In this document: positions 14,765 to 24,723 of the stretch, piece after piece
Layout of the letters: each line of letters opens with the position of its first letter
Position numbering within the stretch: the first letter of the stretch is position 1
From: a virus
Lineage: Duplodnaviria; Caudoviricetes
Reading direction: 5' to 3' (one strand)
IMG/VR virus record: IMGVR_UViG_3300022407_000924
Span: 1 to 24,723 of that record
Length of the DNA: 24,723 nucleotides
Program-made: the position numbers and the translations under genes
Notes under the pieces: model-generated
What the model was told of the DNA's origin: nothing
Database searches by the model: none
Seen by the model: only the letters and a program-made list of their open reading frames with translations

Positions 14765-17250
14765 TGGCCACCAAGGTCTTCACTCTTGACGCTAAGCCGG
14801 GCATCCAGCGCGACGGCACGATATTTGACAAGGTGTTTTACAGCGACGGCGAGTGGGTGCGCTTTCAACGCGGCCGTCCCCGCAAGATTGGCGGCTTTCG
14901 CGTCATCTCCGACCAGCTCACAGGCCCCTCACGCGGGATCTGGGTAAATCCGCAGAACGCCTTTACCTCAATTTTCAGCGGCTACAACGACGGCCTGCAA
15001 GTCTTGACCATTGACAACAACGGCGTGGGCGCTGGCATTGGCAACTTTACGTTGGCAAACTTTACGGCATCTGACCTGAACCTGTGGCAATTTGACGGGT
15101 TTTATGACGTTGGTGGAAATGGCATTCAGTCGCTCGTGGCGCACCCCGGGCTGAACCTTGCCTCAATCAGCAATGACAACAATACGCCTGTGCTGATTGG
15201 CGACATTAATGCCTTGACTATGCAACAGGTTGGTGTTTTTACTGACACGGGGTCCACGACAAATGGAAGCGCCAATGTAACTTTTGCAGCAGTAAACACG
15301 CTGATGGGGGCTGGGCAGTCGGTAACAGGCTCAGGCATACCCGCAAATACAACCGTTGTTTCTGTTGATCTTGTGGGCACCACAATCACATTGGCCGGGA
15401 CAACCATAACCGGAGTAGCCGGGCAGTTCTCGTGCAGCGCAACCACCCTGCTTGTGAACCAAGAAATTGTAGTTACTGGAACTTTAACGGGTACCGGAAG
15501 CGGAGTTTCTGCTGGGATTTATTTCATCATCGTAACAAACGGCACCACTACTTTTACGCTGTCAACAACTTTTGGCGGGCCGGCAATTGTTACGACTGCT
15601 GGAACAACTGCGGGGCTGACGTTTGTTGTGCAGGTGTCCAATTTGTGGACCGTGGTCTTGAGCGCAAACGCAACCGCTACAGCCTCCGTAGTTCTGACCT
15701 TCAACAACAACATTTCAGTCTCTGGCGGCGTTGTGTCGTTGCACCCATACCTGTTTGTGTACGGCAACAATGGGCTGATTCAGAACAGTTCGGCTGGCAA
15801 CCCCAGCGACTGGGTATCTGCCGACGCCAATGCGGTCAACGTGGCCTCCGGCAAGATTGTCCAAGGGCTACCCGTCAGGGGCGGCTCAAACGCGCCCTCT
15901 GGCCTGTTCTGGAGCCTTGACAGCCTAATCCGCGTGTCATTCATTGGCGGCACGGGGACGCCTGCTCAGTACTGGCGCTACGACATCATTAGCAGCCAGA
16001 CTTCCATCCTGTCTTCGCAGTCGGCCATCGAGTACGACGGCGTCTACTACTGGTGCGGCGTGGACCGCTTCCTGCTGTACAACGGTGTGGTCAAGGAGAT
16101 CCCCAACAGCATGAACCAGAACTACTTCTTTGACAACCTGAACTACGACCAGCGTCAAAAAGTTTGGGTGACAAAGGTGCCGCGTTTTGGTGAGATCTGG
16201 TGGTTCTACCCCCGTGGTGATGCGACCGAATGCACTGACGCCGTCATCTACAACGTGCGCGAAAACGTCTGGTACGACGCTGGCGAGGCACGCGGTGCCC
16301 AGCGCTCTGCCGGGTACTTCTCGCAAGTGTTTGCCTTTCCCGTGGCTGCTGACTGGCACGCTAGCGAGGCCGAGACCGTCTTCACAGACACTTACAACGA
16401 GGTGTCTGGCAGCGTTTTCCTCTACAGCGACACCTACAACACGCTGGTGGCAATTGGCCAAGTTATCACCGGCACCAACATCCCGGCAAACACGACCGTG
16501 GTGGCTATCACGACCAGCAACATCAAGACGCTTGGGGCAATCACGGCCGGGTCTGGCTATGTCAATGCAACCTACACCAACGTCACCCTCACAGGAGGGT
16601 CAGGATTGGGCGCTAAGGCCACGATCGTCGTTGCCGGGGGGGTAGTGACCACCGTGACCCTTACGTCCAATGGAGCAAGTTATGTCGTTGGCAACGTCCT
16701 GAGCGCCACGGCGGCCAGTTTGGGCGGCTCGGGGGCCGGGTTTGCCATCCCGGTCACGGCAATTTATGCTCAAGCCATTCAAATGTCGGCGGCGGCCACC
16801 GCCACGGCTGCGGTGTTATTGACCTTCTCAACCCCGGCTGACCTGATTGCCATGTACCAGCATGAGATTGGCACCGACGAGATTAATGGACAGATTGTGC
16901 TGTCCATCCCCAGCTCGTTTGAGACCAACGACCTTGGCTGGGTGTCTGGCGGCCCGTCCCAGTTGGCCACAGAAGGTGCAAATCGCTGGATCCGACTTGA
17001 ACGGATTGAACCGGATTTCATCCAATCTGGTGAAATGTCGGTCATTGTGACCGGCCGCCCGTTTGCTCAGGGTGAGGACAAGGAGTCCGACCCCTACGTC
17101 TTTGGACCCAACAACGGCAAAATTGACATGCGCGAGCAGCGCCGGGAACTGCGTTTAAAGTTCACCTCGGACGTGGCCGGGGGAGATTACCAGCTTGGCA
17201 AAATCCTGCTCAGTGCCGAGATCGGCGACGTGAGGCCATATGGCCCTTAA
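14764..17250 (+). CDS. Tail nozzle / tubular B-like (P22 gp10-type propeller) protein with inserted beta domains (828 aa)
   Basis: TGATG coupling gives start 14764, not 14512. PGIQRDGT...WVRFQRGRPRKIGG, YWCGVDRFLLYNG.V and EIWWFYP...VIYN..ENVW are typical of podovirus nozzle proteins. Confidence 0.7.
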   Translation: MATKVFTLDAKPGIQRDGTIFDKVFYSDGEWVRFQRGRPRKIGGFRVISDQLTGPSRGIWVNPQNAFTSIFSGYNDGLQVLTIDNNGVGAGIGNFTLANFTASDLNLWQFDGFYDVGGNGIQSLVAHPGLNLASISNDNNTPVLIGDINALTMQQVGVFTDTGSTTNGSANVTFAAVNTLMGAGQSVTGSGIPANTTVVSVDLVGTTITLAGTTITGVAGQFSCSATTLLVNQEIVVTGTLTGTGSGVSAGIYFIIVTNGTTTFTLSTTFGGPAIVTTAGTTAGLTFVVQVSNLWTVVLSANATATASVVLTFNNNISVSGGVVSLHPYLFVYGNNGLIQNSSAGNPSDWVSADANAVNVASGKIVQGLPVRGGSNAPSGLFWSLDSLIRVSFIGGTGTPAQYWRYDIISSQTSILSSQSAIEYDGVYYWCGVDRFLLYNGVVKEIPNSMNQNYFFDNLNYDQRQKVWVTKVPRFGEIWWFYPRGDATECTDAVIYNVRENVWYDAGEARGAQRSAGYFSQVFAFPVAADWHASEAETVFTDTYNEVSGSVFLYSDTYNTLVAIGQVITGTNIPANTTVVAITTSNIKTLGAITAGSGYVNATYTNVTLTGGSGLGAKATIVVAGGVVTTVTLTSNGASYVVGNVLSATAASLGGSGAGFAIPVTAIYAQAIQMSAAATATAAVLLTFSTPADLIAMYQHEIGTDEINGQIVLSIPSSFETNDLGWVSGGPSQLATEGANRWIRLERIEPDFIQSGEMSVIVTGRPFAQGEDKESDPYVFGPNNGKIDMREQRRELRLKFTSDVAGGDYQLGKILLSAEIGDVRPYGP

Positions 17251-17500
17251 TCCCGCTCAGATCTACGACCCGCGCTACAGCACGTTTGAATCGTGGGCAA
17301 GCCTCATGTGCGAGCTGTACGGGGCCCAGAATCTTCAGATTCCTGATGGCCAGACGGACTGGAGGCTGTGGGGCAATGGCTTAATTGCGATTGACGTTTT
17401 TGCAAACGAGGCTACGCCCCGCACGGAACAGTACGACAATTGGTTTGATTGGGCCGAGGCCATGGTGGCGGCGGTCAACCCAGCGACGCAAACAACATGA
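17240..17500 (+). CDS. Small phage hypothetical protein (86 aa, Trp-rich)
   Basis: Overlaps both neighbours; DPR...W...W..W...W..WA pattern. Confidence 0.7.
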   Translation: MALNPAQIYDPRYSTFESWASLMCELYGAQNLQIPDGQTDWRLWGNGLIAIDVFANEATPRTEQYDNWFDWAEAMVAAVNPATQTT

Positions 17501-18180
17501 ACTGGTGTGGCGACTCCCAATTCTTCACGCGGAACTGCAACGCCGTGAGCACGCTGTTTCCGGCGTGGGAGCGGGCGTTTGTGGCTGTGGCCAAGCATCA
17601 CCTGTTGCATGTCACGGACGCAGACCTAAAGCGCCGCATTCAAGAGTTTATCGGCGAAGAGCTGGCCCACGCCAGTGCCCATGATGCCTACAACGCCCGC
17701 GCCGGCATCACTGAGGTGGCCAACGCGGAGTACCGCAAGACCCGTCTGATCCACCGCCGCCCGGGCGCAAAGCTGTGGCTGGGCAGCATGGTGTCAATTG
17801 AGCACTTTGCAGCCTGCATGGGGCGCATGTACCTCGACCTGTACGGCAACAAGGTCGGGCGCGACCACAATTTGTTCGCGTGGCACTCTCGCGAAGAGAT
17901 TGGCCACAAGGACTTGGCCATGGACCTTTGGCGCAGTTTAGGCTACTCAGACGCTGATCTGCGGGCAATTGCAAGGCAAAATCAAGTTTATGTCATTAAA
18001 TTTATTGTGAGCCACACCTTTCAAGGTGTCAGTTTTCGGAGTTTCAAAGACTGGACTGACTTTGCGCACTGGGCGTGGCACATGACAACCAAGGTACTGG
18101 TGCCCATGCTCAAAATTTATTTACCCAACTTTCACCCCGGGCGGGTGGACGATCGACGCTACTTGGGAGTGGCCGCATGA
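17497..18180 (+). CDS. Predicted metal-dependent hydrolase (PF10118-like, ferritin-like di-metal fold)
   Basis: ATGA overlap at 17497. NAVSTLFPAWE, FIGEELAHASAHDAYN, EHFAA, WHSREEIGHK and C-terminal Y.PNFHP match the family pattern as recalled. Confidence 0.78.
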   Translation: MNWCGDSQFFTRNCNAVSTLFPAWERAFVAVAKHHLLHVTDADLKRRIQEFIGEELAHASAHDAYNARAGITEVANAEYRKTRLIHRRPGAKLWLGSMVSIEHFAACMGRMYLDLYGNKVGRDHNLFAWHSREEIGHKDLAMDLWRSLGYSDADLRAIARQNQVYVIKFIVSHTFQGVSFRSFKDWTDFAHWAWHMTTKVLVPMLKIYLPNFHPGRVDDRRYLGVAA

Positions 18181-18662
18181 CCGTTGCAGGCCTGCACCCA
18201 GTTAGCTCCAAGGAGCACATGCTGATCCCCACCGACATCTTTGCGGTGGCGGCGCATGAGGACAAAGAACGTTTGGAGGACATCAAACAGGCCGCCAAGA
18301 AGGCCGGCGTGTCACCTGAGCGCTTTGCCTACAGCATGATGATCCAAGAGTACAGCGACCCCAGACTGATCCGCATCCGGGCAGGCAACACCCTGTTTAC
18401 CATTGCGGCCTTTCCCAAAAGGGTTGGCTTTGTCCGGGGCTACAACGCAGACGTTGCCAAAATCTACATTGACAACATGATTGAGCTGTTTGAGGCTGGG
18501 CGCAAAATGGGTTTTGATTATTTGGTTGCCCACACCAGTAATGCGGTAGTGCAGGCTTTAAAGGTGGCGATCAAAAACATCAAGCAGGATGACTTTATCC
18601 CGCACTTTGATTCCCGCACAAAAATGTTCATGCTCAAGACCGGAAAGCCGAGGGCTGAGTAA
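18177..18662 (+). CDS. Hypothetical protein preceding the internal virion genes (161 aa)
   Basis: ATGA overlap at 18177 (alternative start 18219 after AAGGAG). Alpha/beta pattern; position resembles the T7 gp13-like slot (inference). Confidence 0.65.
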   Translation: MTVAGLHPVSSKEHMLIPTDIFAVAAHEDKERLEDIKQAAKKAGVSPERFAYSMMIQEYSDPRLIRIRAGNTLFTIAAFPKRVGFVRGYNADVAKIYIDNMIELFEAGRKMGFDYLVAHTSNAVVQALKVAIKNIKQDDFIPHFDSRTKMFMLKTGKPRAE

Positions 18663-21600
18663 TGGGTTACGTCAAAGAAAAAATAGGCTTTGACATTGCT
18701 GACCCGTTTACGTCGGTAGGCAAAATTATTGAAAAAGCCGCACAGACAATTGTCAATACTGTTGAAGCAATTTTAAAAGATCCGCTGCCAACTATTTTGC
18801 AAGTAGCCGGTTCCTATTTTGGTATACCGCCGTACGTAACATCCGCCGCCATTACTGCAATAAAAGGCGGCAGTATTGAGGACATAGCTAAGTCTGCGGC
18901 AGTATCTTATGCAACCCAAAAGTTTGGAGATTCAGATTTTGCCAAGGGTGTTTCTAATTTTGCAAAAACAACAGGGCAAGACTTTACGGCCGGCATGATG
19001 AAAACGTTTGACCTGCCTGCTGACATTGCCTTGTCTGTAGGCAAAGCAGCAACTGCTGGGTTAAATTCAAGTTTTACAGGCGGCTTCAATGCGCTTATGG
19101 CTGGAAAAAACATTGGCGAAGGCATGACGTCTGGGTTCACGTCCGGTGCAATTAATTCTGGCACAACCAGCTACTTTAACAGCCTCAAGGTTAATCCAAG
19201 CTGGGGAGTAGGTACCAAAACATTCGACTTGATTAAGGGAAGCGCCAGTGTAGCGTTGAACACCTTAGTAAGCGGCAACGGAAATATAGTGCAGGCCGTC
19301 GGCACTTATTTAGGGAACGCTGCTCTTGAAATGGGTCAGTCTGAGGTTACCAATCAATTTAAAACAAAATTTAACATTTATTCTAAAGCAGAGCGGGACG
19401 CCATTAATCAACAAGACGCCAGAAACGTAGTAGCAGATTTATATAATGATGGTTTAAGAGCCGCAGAAAAAATTCGTACTGATGCAACTACGTTGATGGC
19501 AGATTACGAAAACGGAATAAAAACAATTTACGAGCCCTATGTTGAAAAAGTAAATAAATTAAACACAGACGTAGCAGATTACAAAAAAGATTATGATTAT
19601 TATGTAAAAGAAGTAGAGAGGGCTAACGCTTATGTTCAACCAGAAACATACGGCGTTACCGGCGAAAATGCAGAAGGCCAAACATTGTATGGGTTTGTTA
19701 AAACTGGAGAAACTAAAGAACAAGTTATTGCTAAAGTAAAAGCACTAGAGCCTAGTTTGCAAGCTAAAGGCGAGGCAATAAACACGGATTATGCCGCCGT
19801 TACCGCAAGCTCCGCAGCAGTAGAGGGTTTAACAACATTAAAAACATCAACAGAAACAAAAATTGCTGAGTACGACACAGCAAGAGCAAATTTAGAAACA
19901 CCTGCTGGAGAGAATCTGGCCGCAAAATTAGCGGCAGAAGACAAAAAGTTAGAAACAGCATATGAAGTTTTAACTACGGCCAAAACAGATGCGGATACTG
20001 CTGCTGACAATTTTGATAAAGCTGTAGGAGCCGTAGCAATCAGAAACGTTGCAATTGATGCGCTCAATTCAGGCGCTATCACGGTCACAGGTGTAGAGGC
20101 TGATGGCTCGTATAAGTTGTCAAACAATACTTTCTTGAAGGACGGCAAGTTTTACCAAGACGGCAACCAGTTGTTTACCGAAGCCGGCGGCACCAGACAG
20201 AACGACCTAAATTTCACAGACAGCACGGGCAACAAGGTGGTGTACGACTCCAGTGCCGGCCGCACCATGTCAACCAGCGACGTTAAACAAGCCTTCTTGC
20301 GCGACTTTGGCTTTGACGTTGATGACACAACAGCGGCGGCTTTTGTTGGCAAGCCATACAACGCAGTAGATCACAAGGCGTATGAGAATGTTGTTGACAA
20401 TAAAATAACGACAGCTCATACCGCCTTGACTGGCAACACGTTAAGTGCTGAAGATTTGTCGTTGATTAAAAACTCAACCGGTTCAGCTATCAAAAATGAA
20501 GATGGCGCAGCAGTTATATTGACGGACAAGCAAGTAAACAATTTATTAGCTAAACAATTTATATTTGAAGGCGGTGATTTTAATACCAAACAGGATGCGG
20601 CAAGGGCCGCCAGATTGGCGGGGTATACGCAGTTTGAGTATGACAACAGCATCTACACAATGACCAGTGCTGGGCCAACTGAAAAAGACGTGTACCAAGC
20701 TGTTATTAACGATGCCCCAAATAAAAAAGAAGCCTTTGCACTTGCACGCAGTTTAATGGGCGCAGACAAAGTCTTTGATTACAAGGGCACATCTTTTACC
20801 ACCTCATATTATAAACCACCGGCTCAACCAGATCAACAAGTCCTTGGTGATGGAACCGCCAATACCAGCAGGGCGGGCACAAGGGTTGGCGCTCCTGTCA
20901 CAACAACTGAAGGACTGACTTATTTAACAGACCAAGAGAAATCGGTAAATCAAAGAATCTCAGAGGCATATGAAGGAACAACGTTATCAAAAATAGTTGG
21001 CACTACTGATGATGCGCTGCAAACTTTAATTTCCACAAAAGATATATTGTTGGGTCCAGCTAAAGGGGTTATCAGTACAGTAAAGTGGCTTGCTGATAGT
21101 TACTCAATTATTACTGGGGATATAGGCAATCCAGTATCTGAATCCATGCGCGGCTTGTTAAATAATTTAGATGAGTTAACAGGCGACAGAACAAAAGCTA
21201 CATTAAAAACCATGCAAGCCGTCATTGACGCAGCGGCAAAAGACGGGCAAGGCTCCGCAGCATGGGAGACAGCTAAACAACTAGTAACACATCCAGATAT
21301 AACAGTCGGCTTAGTTACACAGGCAATTAGTACGGTATTCCCTTCGCTTGCGGCTGCCGGGCCAATGATTGCGGCTGGCGTTCCAGTTGGTGTTGCAGCA
21401 TCTACTGCTATTGCTATCAACGCTCTATCGCACGGTGGTAGCGTAGCGCAAAGTGCTTATGAATATTTTGTAAAACAGGGAATGGAGGATCCCAGTCTTA
21501 GTATTGAGCAAGTACAAGCCTTAGCATTAACCGCAGGTCAAACAGCGCTTGTTCCTGCAACAGCCATTAGTGCAGTTATTAATTCGTTACCGCTTGCAAA

Positions 21601-24235
21601 ACCGTTTGAGAGGGCTTTACTTGGAAGTTCTGCTGGAGTAGGTAAAACGGCTTTGGTAGAAGCAATTCAAGAACCAATAGACGAAGTAACTGGCCAAGCT
21701 ATTTTTAACTACGTTACAAATCAAGACTTGGATAAAGGCACTGGTCAAGCCGCAGTTATTGGCAGCGTAGCTGGCGCTGGCGCGGGAGCCATAGCTGGTG
21801 CTTCACGTATTACACCAGCTCAAGCAACTCAAGTTTTACAGGAAGCTGGGATTCAAAATCCATCAGCTAGTCTAGTAACTTTAATCTCTAGTAATGAAAA
21901 TTTAGAGGTAGCCAAATCCGAAGCTGAGTCTTATATATTGGTTCAGGCTGCAAATGATCCATCAGTCTTAGTTGAACAAAATACAGATATTGCCGCCTTG
22001 CAAAGAGCTGGACTTACTGAAGCAGTCATAAGTAATATTACGGCTGGTGTTGCTGCAAATGACGCATCCACAAGCGGACAAGGCACTACCATATTGCCGG
22101 TGTCTGGAAATACTGCACTACAACCAATAGTTGAAGTTCAAGAGGAAAGCAACCTCGCCCCAGCAATAGTAGAGACTGTTGCACAGCCCAATACGGATGC
22201 TGCGAACGAATCAGATATCAAGGAAGACCAACCGTTGCCCGGAACGGTCACAAAGCCAGATGCTGGTTTTTCGTCCACCATTGCCCCTGATACCGTTGTC
22301 GGCATAGATGCAGATGGCAAGCCGGTAACAATGGCAGATATTTTGGATCTGCCAGAAGATGGTAAAAGAATAGAGCCAACCATTGATCCCAGCACAGTCA
22401 TTGGTGTCGATGAGGATGGTAAACCTGTAACGTGGGCTGACGTTGAACCCAATGCAATCATTCCGGAAATTGCCGACCCTGAGCTTAAAATTGCAACCGA
22501 TGCGGGCTTTCCTGACTTTGCCACCTACACCCGGTACGGTGGCAATTTGGCGGCATACAACGCAGACAAAAAAGCCGCAGAAAATTTGCAGATAGCTCAG
22601 GCGGCAGGGTTCCCGGACATCGCAAGCTACAGCCTATTTGGCGGCGATAAAGCCGCCTACGACAAAGCCAACAATGATGCTGCAAACATCCGGACAGCCA
22701 CAATCGCAGGCTTCCCTGACTATGCAACATTTGTTCAGTACAACGGAGATTATGCAGCGTATTCAACAGCAAAAATTGCGGAAGAAAAACAACAGATTGC
22801 AACCGCCGCCGGCTTTCCAGATCACGAGACTTACCTCCAATACAACGGTGACAAGGCAAGCTACGACGCCATCATTTCTGTGGCGGCAGGTGAGAAGCTG
22901 GCCACTGAGGCAGGTTTTCCCAATAACGCAAAGTACACGCAATACAACGGTAACCTTGCTGCTTACATTGCGGCAGAAGTCAACCCCGCAGTTACTCTAG
23001 TTACTGATGTAAATCCCGTCACTGAGGTGGCTCCAGTTACTGAAGTAAATCCAGTTACTGAAGTGGCTCCCGTTACTGAAGTAAATCCAGTTACTGAAGT
23101 GGCTCCAGTTACTGAAGTGGCTCCAGTTACTGAAGTGGCTCCAGTTACTGAAGTAAATCCCGTTACTGAAGTGGCTCCAGTCACCGAAGTGGCTCCAGTC
23201 ACCGAAGTGGCTCCAGTTACTGAGGTGGCTCCAGTTACTGAAGTAAATCCCGTTACTGAAGTGGCTCCAGTCACCGAAGTGGCTCCAGTTACTGAAGTAA
23301 ATCCCGTTACCGAAGTGGCTCCAGTTACTGAAGTGGCTCCAGTTACTGAAGTAAATCCCGTTACTGAAGTGGCTCCAGTCACCGAAGTGGCTCCAGCAGT
23401 AGACCCTGTTCCTGTAGTTACTCCAGTAGTAACACCTCCGGTAGTAACACCTCCGGTAGTAACACCTCCGGTAGTTAATCCACCGGTAGTTAATCCACCG
23501 GTGGTAAAACCGCCAGTGGTGAAGCCCCCGGTTGTTGTAGATCCACCGCCCAAACAGGGGGGACAAAAACCTGCAACATCAAGTGAACTGATAGACCCTT
23601 ACAAGCCCAGTTTTGCCGACATTGGTTTTAAAACAAAAGGCTTTGCAGAATTTGAAGGGCCTCTTGCAAAATATTTAAAAATGGTCTCTCTTGGGTCGTA
23701 CGCAGGAAATTTGCGAGAAATCCAACAAAATCAACAGGCAGCCCAAATGCAAGACGAACTTGACGCGCCACAGGAGCCCGGCTCCAACTACTTCACCTAT
23801 GGTCCGCAAAACGACATTGACCTGCCGGAGAACCCCGGCACGGAGATGCTGTACTCGAAGGCTGGAGGGCTTGCCACGCAATCATTTGCCGGTGGTGGTA
23901 CTACCCGGCACGGCAGGTACGCGGGAGGCGGCCTAGGGGTCATAGAGCACTCTGGCAAGGCCAGACTGGACTTCCGCACCGGCAATGCCGTGACGGGGCC
24001 CGGCGATGGCCAGTCCGACGACATCCCGGCCATGTTGGCTGACGGGGAGTTTGTGTTCCCTGCGGACGTGGTGGCGGCGCTTGGAAATGGCTCAACCAAG
24101 GCCGGGTCAGATAAACTCTACGACATGATGCATTCCATTCGGTCGTATCACCGGTCGGCCAAACCCAAAGACTTGCCGCCTCCAGCCAAAAAGTCACCGC
24201 TGGATTACATCAAAAATCGCAAAGTTAGGAGATAA
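18662..24235 (+). CDS. Large putative internal virion/ejection protein (1857 aa) with repeats and a C-terminal [20 protein letters not shown] domain
   Basis: TAATG coupling. Ala/Gly-rich helical segments, coiled coil and several repeat families. The C-terminal motif resembles the GPGT.TSDSIPA.LS.GEFV signature of tape-measure/ejection proteins. Confidence 0.75.
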   Translation: MGYVKEKIGFDIADPFTSVGKIIEKAAQTIVNTVEAILKDPLPTILQVAGSYFGIPPYVTSAAITAIKGGSIEDIAKSAAVSYATQKFGDSDFAKGVSNFAKTTGQDFTAGMMKTFDLPADIALSVGKAATAGLNSSFTGGFNALMAGKNIGEGMTSGFTSGAINSGTTSYFNSLKVNPSWGVGTKTFDLIKGSASVALNTLVSGNGNIVQAVGTYLGNAALEMGQSEVTNQFKTKFNIYSKAERDAINQQDARNVVADLYNDGLRAAEKIRTDATTLMADYENGIKTIYEPYVEKVNKLNTDVADYKKDYDYYVKEVERANAYVQPETYGVTGENAEGQTLYGFVKTGETKEQVIAKVKALEPSLQAKGEAINTDYAAVTASSAAVEGLTTLKTSTETKIAEYDTARANLETPAGENLAAKLAAEDKKLETAYEVLTTAKTDADTAADNFDKAVGAVAIRNVAIDALNSGAITVTGVEADGSYKLSNNTFLKDGKFYQDGNQLFTEAGGTRQNDLNFTDSTGNKVVYDSSAGRTMSTSDVKQAFLRDFGFDVDDTTAAAFVGKPYNAVDHKAYENVVDNKITTAHTALTGNTLSAEDLSLIKNSTGSAIKNEDGAAVILTDKQVNNLLAKQFIFEGGDFNTKQDAARAARLAGYTQFEYDNSIYTMTSAGPTEKDVYQAVINDAPNKKEAFALARSLMGADKVFDYKGTSFTTSYYKPPAQPDQQVLGDGTANTSRAGTRVGAPVTTTEGLTYLTDQEKSVNQRISEAYEGTTLSKIVGTTDDALQTLISTKDILLGPAKGVISTVKWLADSYSIITGDIGNPVSESMRGLLNNLDELTGDRTKATLKTMQAVIDAAAKDGQGSAAWETAKQLVTHPDITVGLVTQAISTVFPSLAAAGPMIAAGVPVGVAASTAIAINALSHGGSVAQSAYEYFVKQGMEDPSLSIEQVQALALTAGQTALVPATAISAVINSLPLAKPFERALLGSSAGVGKTALVEAIQEPIDEVTGQAIFNYVTNQDLDKGTGQAAVIGSVAGAGAGAIAGASRITPAQATQVLQEAGIQNPSASLVTLISSNENLEVAKSEAESYILVQAANDPSVLVEQNTDIAALQRAGLTEAVISNITAGVAANDASTSGQGTTILPVSGNTALQPIVEVQEESNLAPAIVETVAQPNTDAANESDIKEDQPLPGTVTKPDAGFSSTIAPDTVVGIDADGKPVTMADILDLPEDGKRIEPTIDPSTVIGVDEDGKPVTWADVEPNAIIPEIADPELKIATDAGFPDFATYTRYGGNLAAYNADKKAAENLQIAQAAGFPDIASYSLFGGDKAAYDKANNDAANIRTATIAGFPDYATFVQYNGDYAAYSTAKIAEEKQQIATAAGFPDHETYLQYNGDKASYDAIISVAAGEKLATEAGFPNNAKYTQYNGNLAAYIAAEVNPAVTLVTDVNPVTEVAPVTEVNPVTEVAPVTEVNPVTEVAPVTEVAPVTEVAPVTEVNPVTEVAPVTEVAPVTEVAPVTEVAPVTEVNPVTEVAPVTEVAPVTEVNPVTEVAPVTEVAPVTEVNPVTEVAPVTEVAPAVDPVPVVTPVVTPPVVTPPVVTPPVVNPPVVNPPVVKPPVVKPPVVVDPPPKQGGQKPATSSELIDPYKPSFADIGFKTKGFAEFEGPLAKYLKMVSLGSYAGNLREIQQNQQAAQMQDELDAPQEPGSNYFTYGPQNDIDLPENPGTEMLYSKAGGLATQSFAGGGTTRHGRYAGGGLGVIEHSGKARLDFRTGNAVTGPGDGQSDDIPAMLADGEFVFPADVVAALGNGSTKAGSDKLYDMMHSIRSYHRSAKPKDLPPPAKKSPLDYIKNRKVRR
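22481..22978 (+). repeat. Five 34-aa (102-nt) repeats IA..AGFPD.A.Y..Y.G(D/N).AAY
   Basis: AGFPDF (22502), AGFPDI (22604), AGFPDY, AGFPDH, AGFPNN. Confidence 0.9.
23000..23395 (+). repeat. In-frame 18-bp tandem repeat, 22 units encoding VTEV[A/N]P
   Basis: Alternating GTTACTGAAGTGGCTCCA / GTTACTGAAGTAAATCCC units. Confidence 0.95.
23426..23530 (+). repeat. In-frame 15-bp tandem repeat, 7 units VV[T/N/K]PP
   Basis: VVTPP x3, VVNPP x2, VVKPP x2. Confidence 0.9.
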
Positions 24236-24237
24236 CC

Positions 24238-24723
24238 ATGGGCTTCCTTCAAGGCGCACCGCTGCCGGACATCAAGACGACCGAGACCAAGGTTGACGCG
24301 GCCCCGTCGTACTACACCGACTACCTGACTGGCCTGTCTGGCGCGGCCACCACGGCCATGGGCAAGACCCCCGGGCAGTCTGTCGCCGGGTACGACCCGA
24401 TGCAAAACACTGGGTACGGAATGCTGCCCACGGCCGCAACGTCATATATGCCGGGGCTACAGGCCGCGCAAGACACTGCGGGACAGGCCGCCCAAGGCAT
24501 CACGCCCGAGCGCATTCAGGCCCTGATGAACCCTTACACCAGCAACGTGGTGGACGAGATGGGGCGGCTGACGCAAGAGAATGTGCAACGCAACCTGCTG
24601 CCCACCATGAAGGCTGGGTTTGTTGGCACCGGTGGTCTGGGCGGCCAACGCTACGCCAATGCCCTTGGCCAGTCCATGTCAGACATTCAAGCCGGGTTGA
24701 CTGGCCAGCAGTACGGTGCCCTG
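24238..24723 (+). CDS. 3'-truncated putative DNA pilot/ejection protein
   Basis: AGGAGA then ATG 24238; open to the window end. MGFLQGAPLPDIKTTETK...APSYYTDYL...MNPYTSNVVDEM...AGFVGTGGLGGQRY, Gln/Ala/Gly-rich as in podovirus ejection proteins. Not in the ORF track because it has no stop. Confidence 0.75.
   Translation, partial: MGFLQGAPLPDIKTTETKVDAAPSYYTDYLTGLSGAATTAMGKTPGQSVAGYDPMQNTGYGMLPTAATSYMPGLQAAQDTAGQAAQGITPERIQALMNPYTSNVVDEMGRLTQENVQRNLLPTMKAGFVGTGGLGGQRYANALGQSMSDIQAGLTGQQYGAL

Noticed and set aside
23000-23395. Tandem array as a CRISPR array
   Set aside because: No unique spacers; units are in-frame 18-mers within a CDS; no cas genes.
22963-23566. Minus-strand ORFs over the repeats, and the other minus-strand ORFs in the track
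   Set aside because: Shadows of repetitive or Gly/Thr-rich + strand genes; the + strand is already almost fully tiled with coupled genes.
1-24723. Stop-codon recoding (none of the called genes ends in TAG)
   Set aside because: No gene is interrupted by an in-frame TAG and all read through with the standard code; TAG is commonly rare.
1-24723. tRNA/rRNA genes, integrase, IS elements, introns
   Set aside because: Intergenic gaps are too short (under ~45 nt) and no such motifs were recognised.

Overview
All credible genes lie on the + strand and are tightly packed, often with overlapping stop/start codons. The window reads as the late (virion morphogenesis) region of a tailed dsDNA phage, most likely short-tailed/podovirus-like; this is inferred from gene order and motifs, and the host is unknown. 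Gene order: partial structural gene; Gly/Lys/Met-rich protein with 13 x-[AK]-x-G-G motifs; terminator; small basic proteins; head-tail adaptor with an inserted discoidin-like domain; Zn-ribbon protein; two tail-fibre genes; AT-rich Ig/FN3/RCC1-propeller adhesin; sulfotransferase-TPR-GT9 fusion; chaperone-like ORF; APS-kinase-like/HIGH-nucleotidyltransferase fusion; four membrane proteins plus a GH24 endolysin; second adaptor; tail protein; nozzle-like protein with nested domain insertions; ferritin-like metal-dependent hydrolase; 1857-aa repeat-rich internal/ejection protein; partial pilot-like protein. Two candidates for undescribed systems stand out. (1) A self-contained PAPS-synthesis, sulfotransfer and glycosyltransfer cassette inside the tail-fibre module, which may decorate the virion with sulfated glycans. 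(2) A [FYML]-[AK]-x-G-G motif shared by three separate proteins that appears to delimit modules and may be a processing or packaging signal. All family calls are by-eye motif recognition; no database searches were run.
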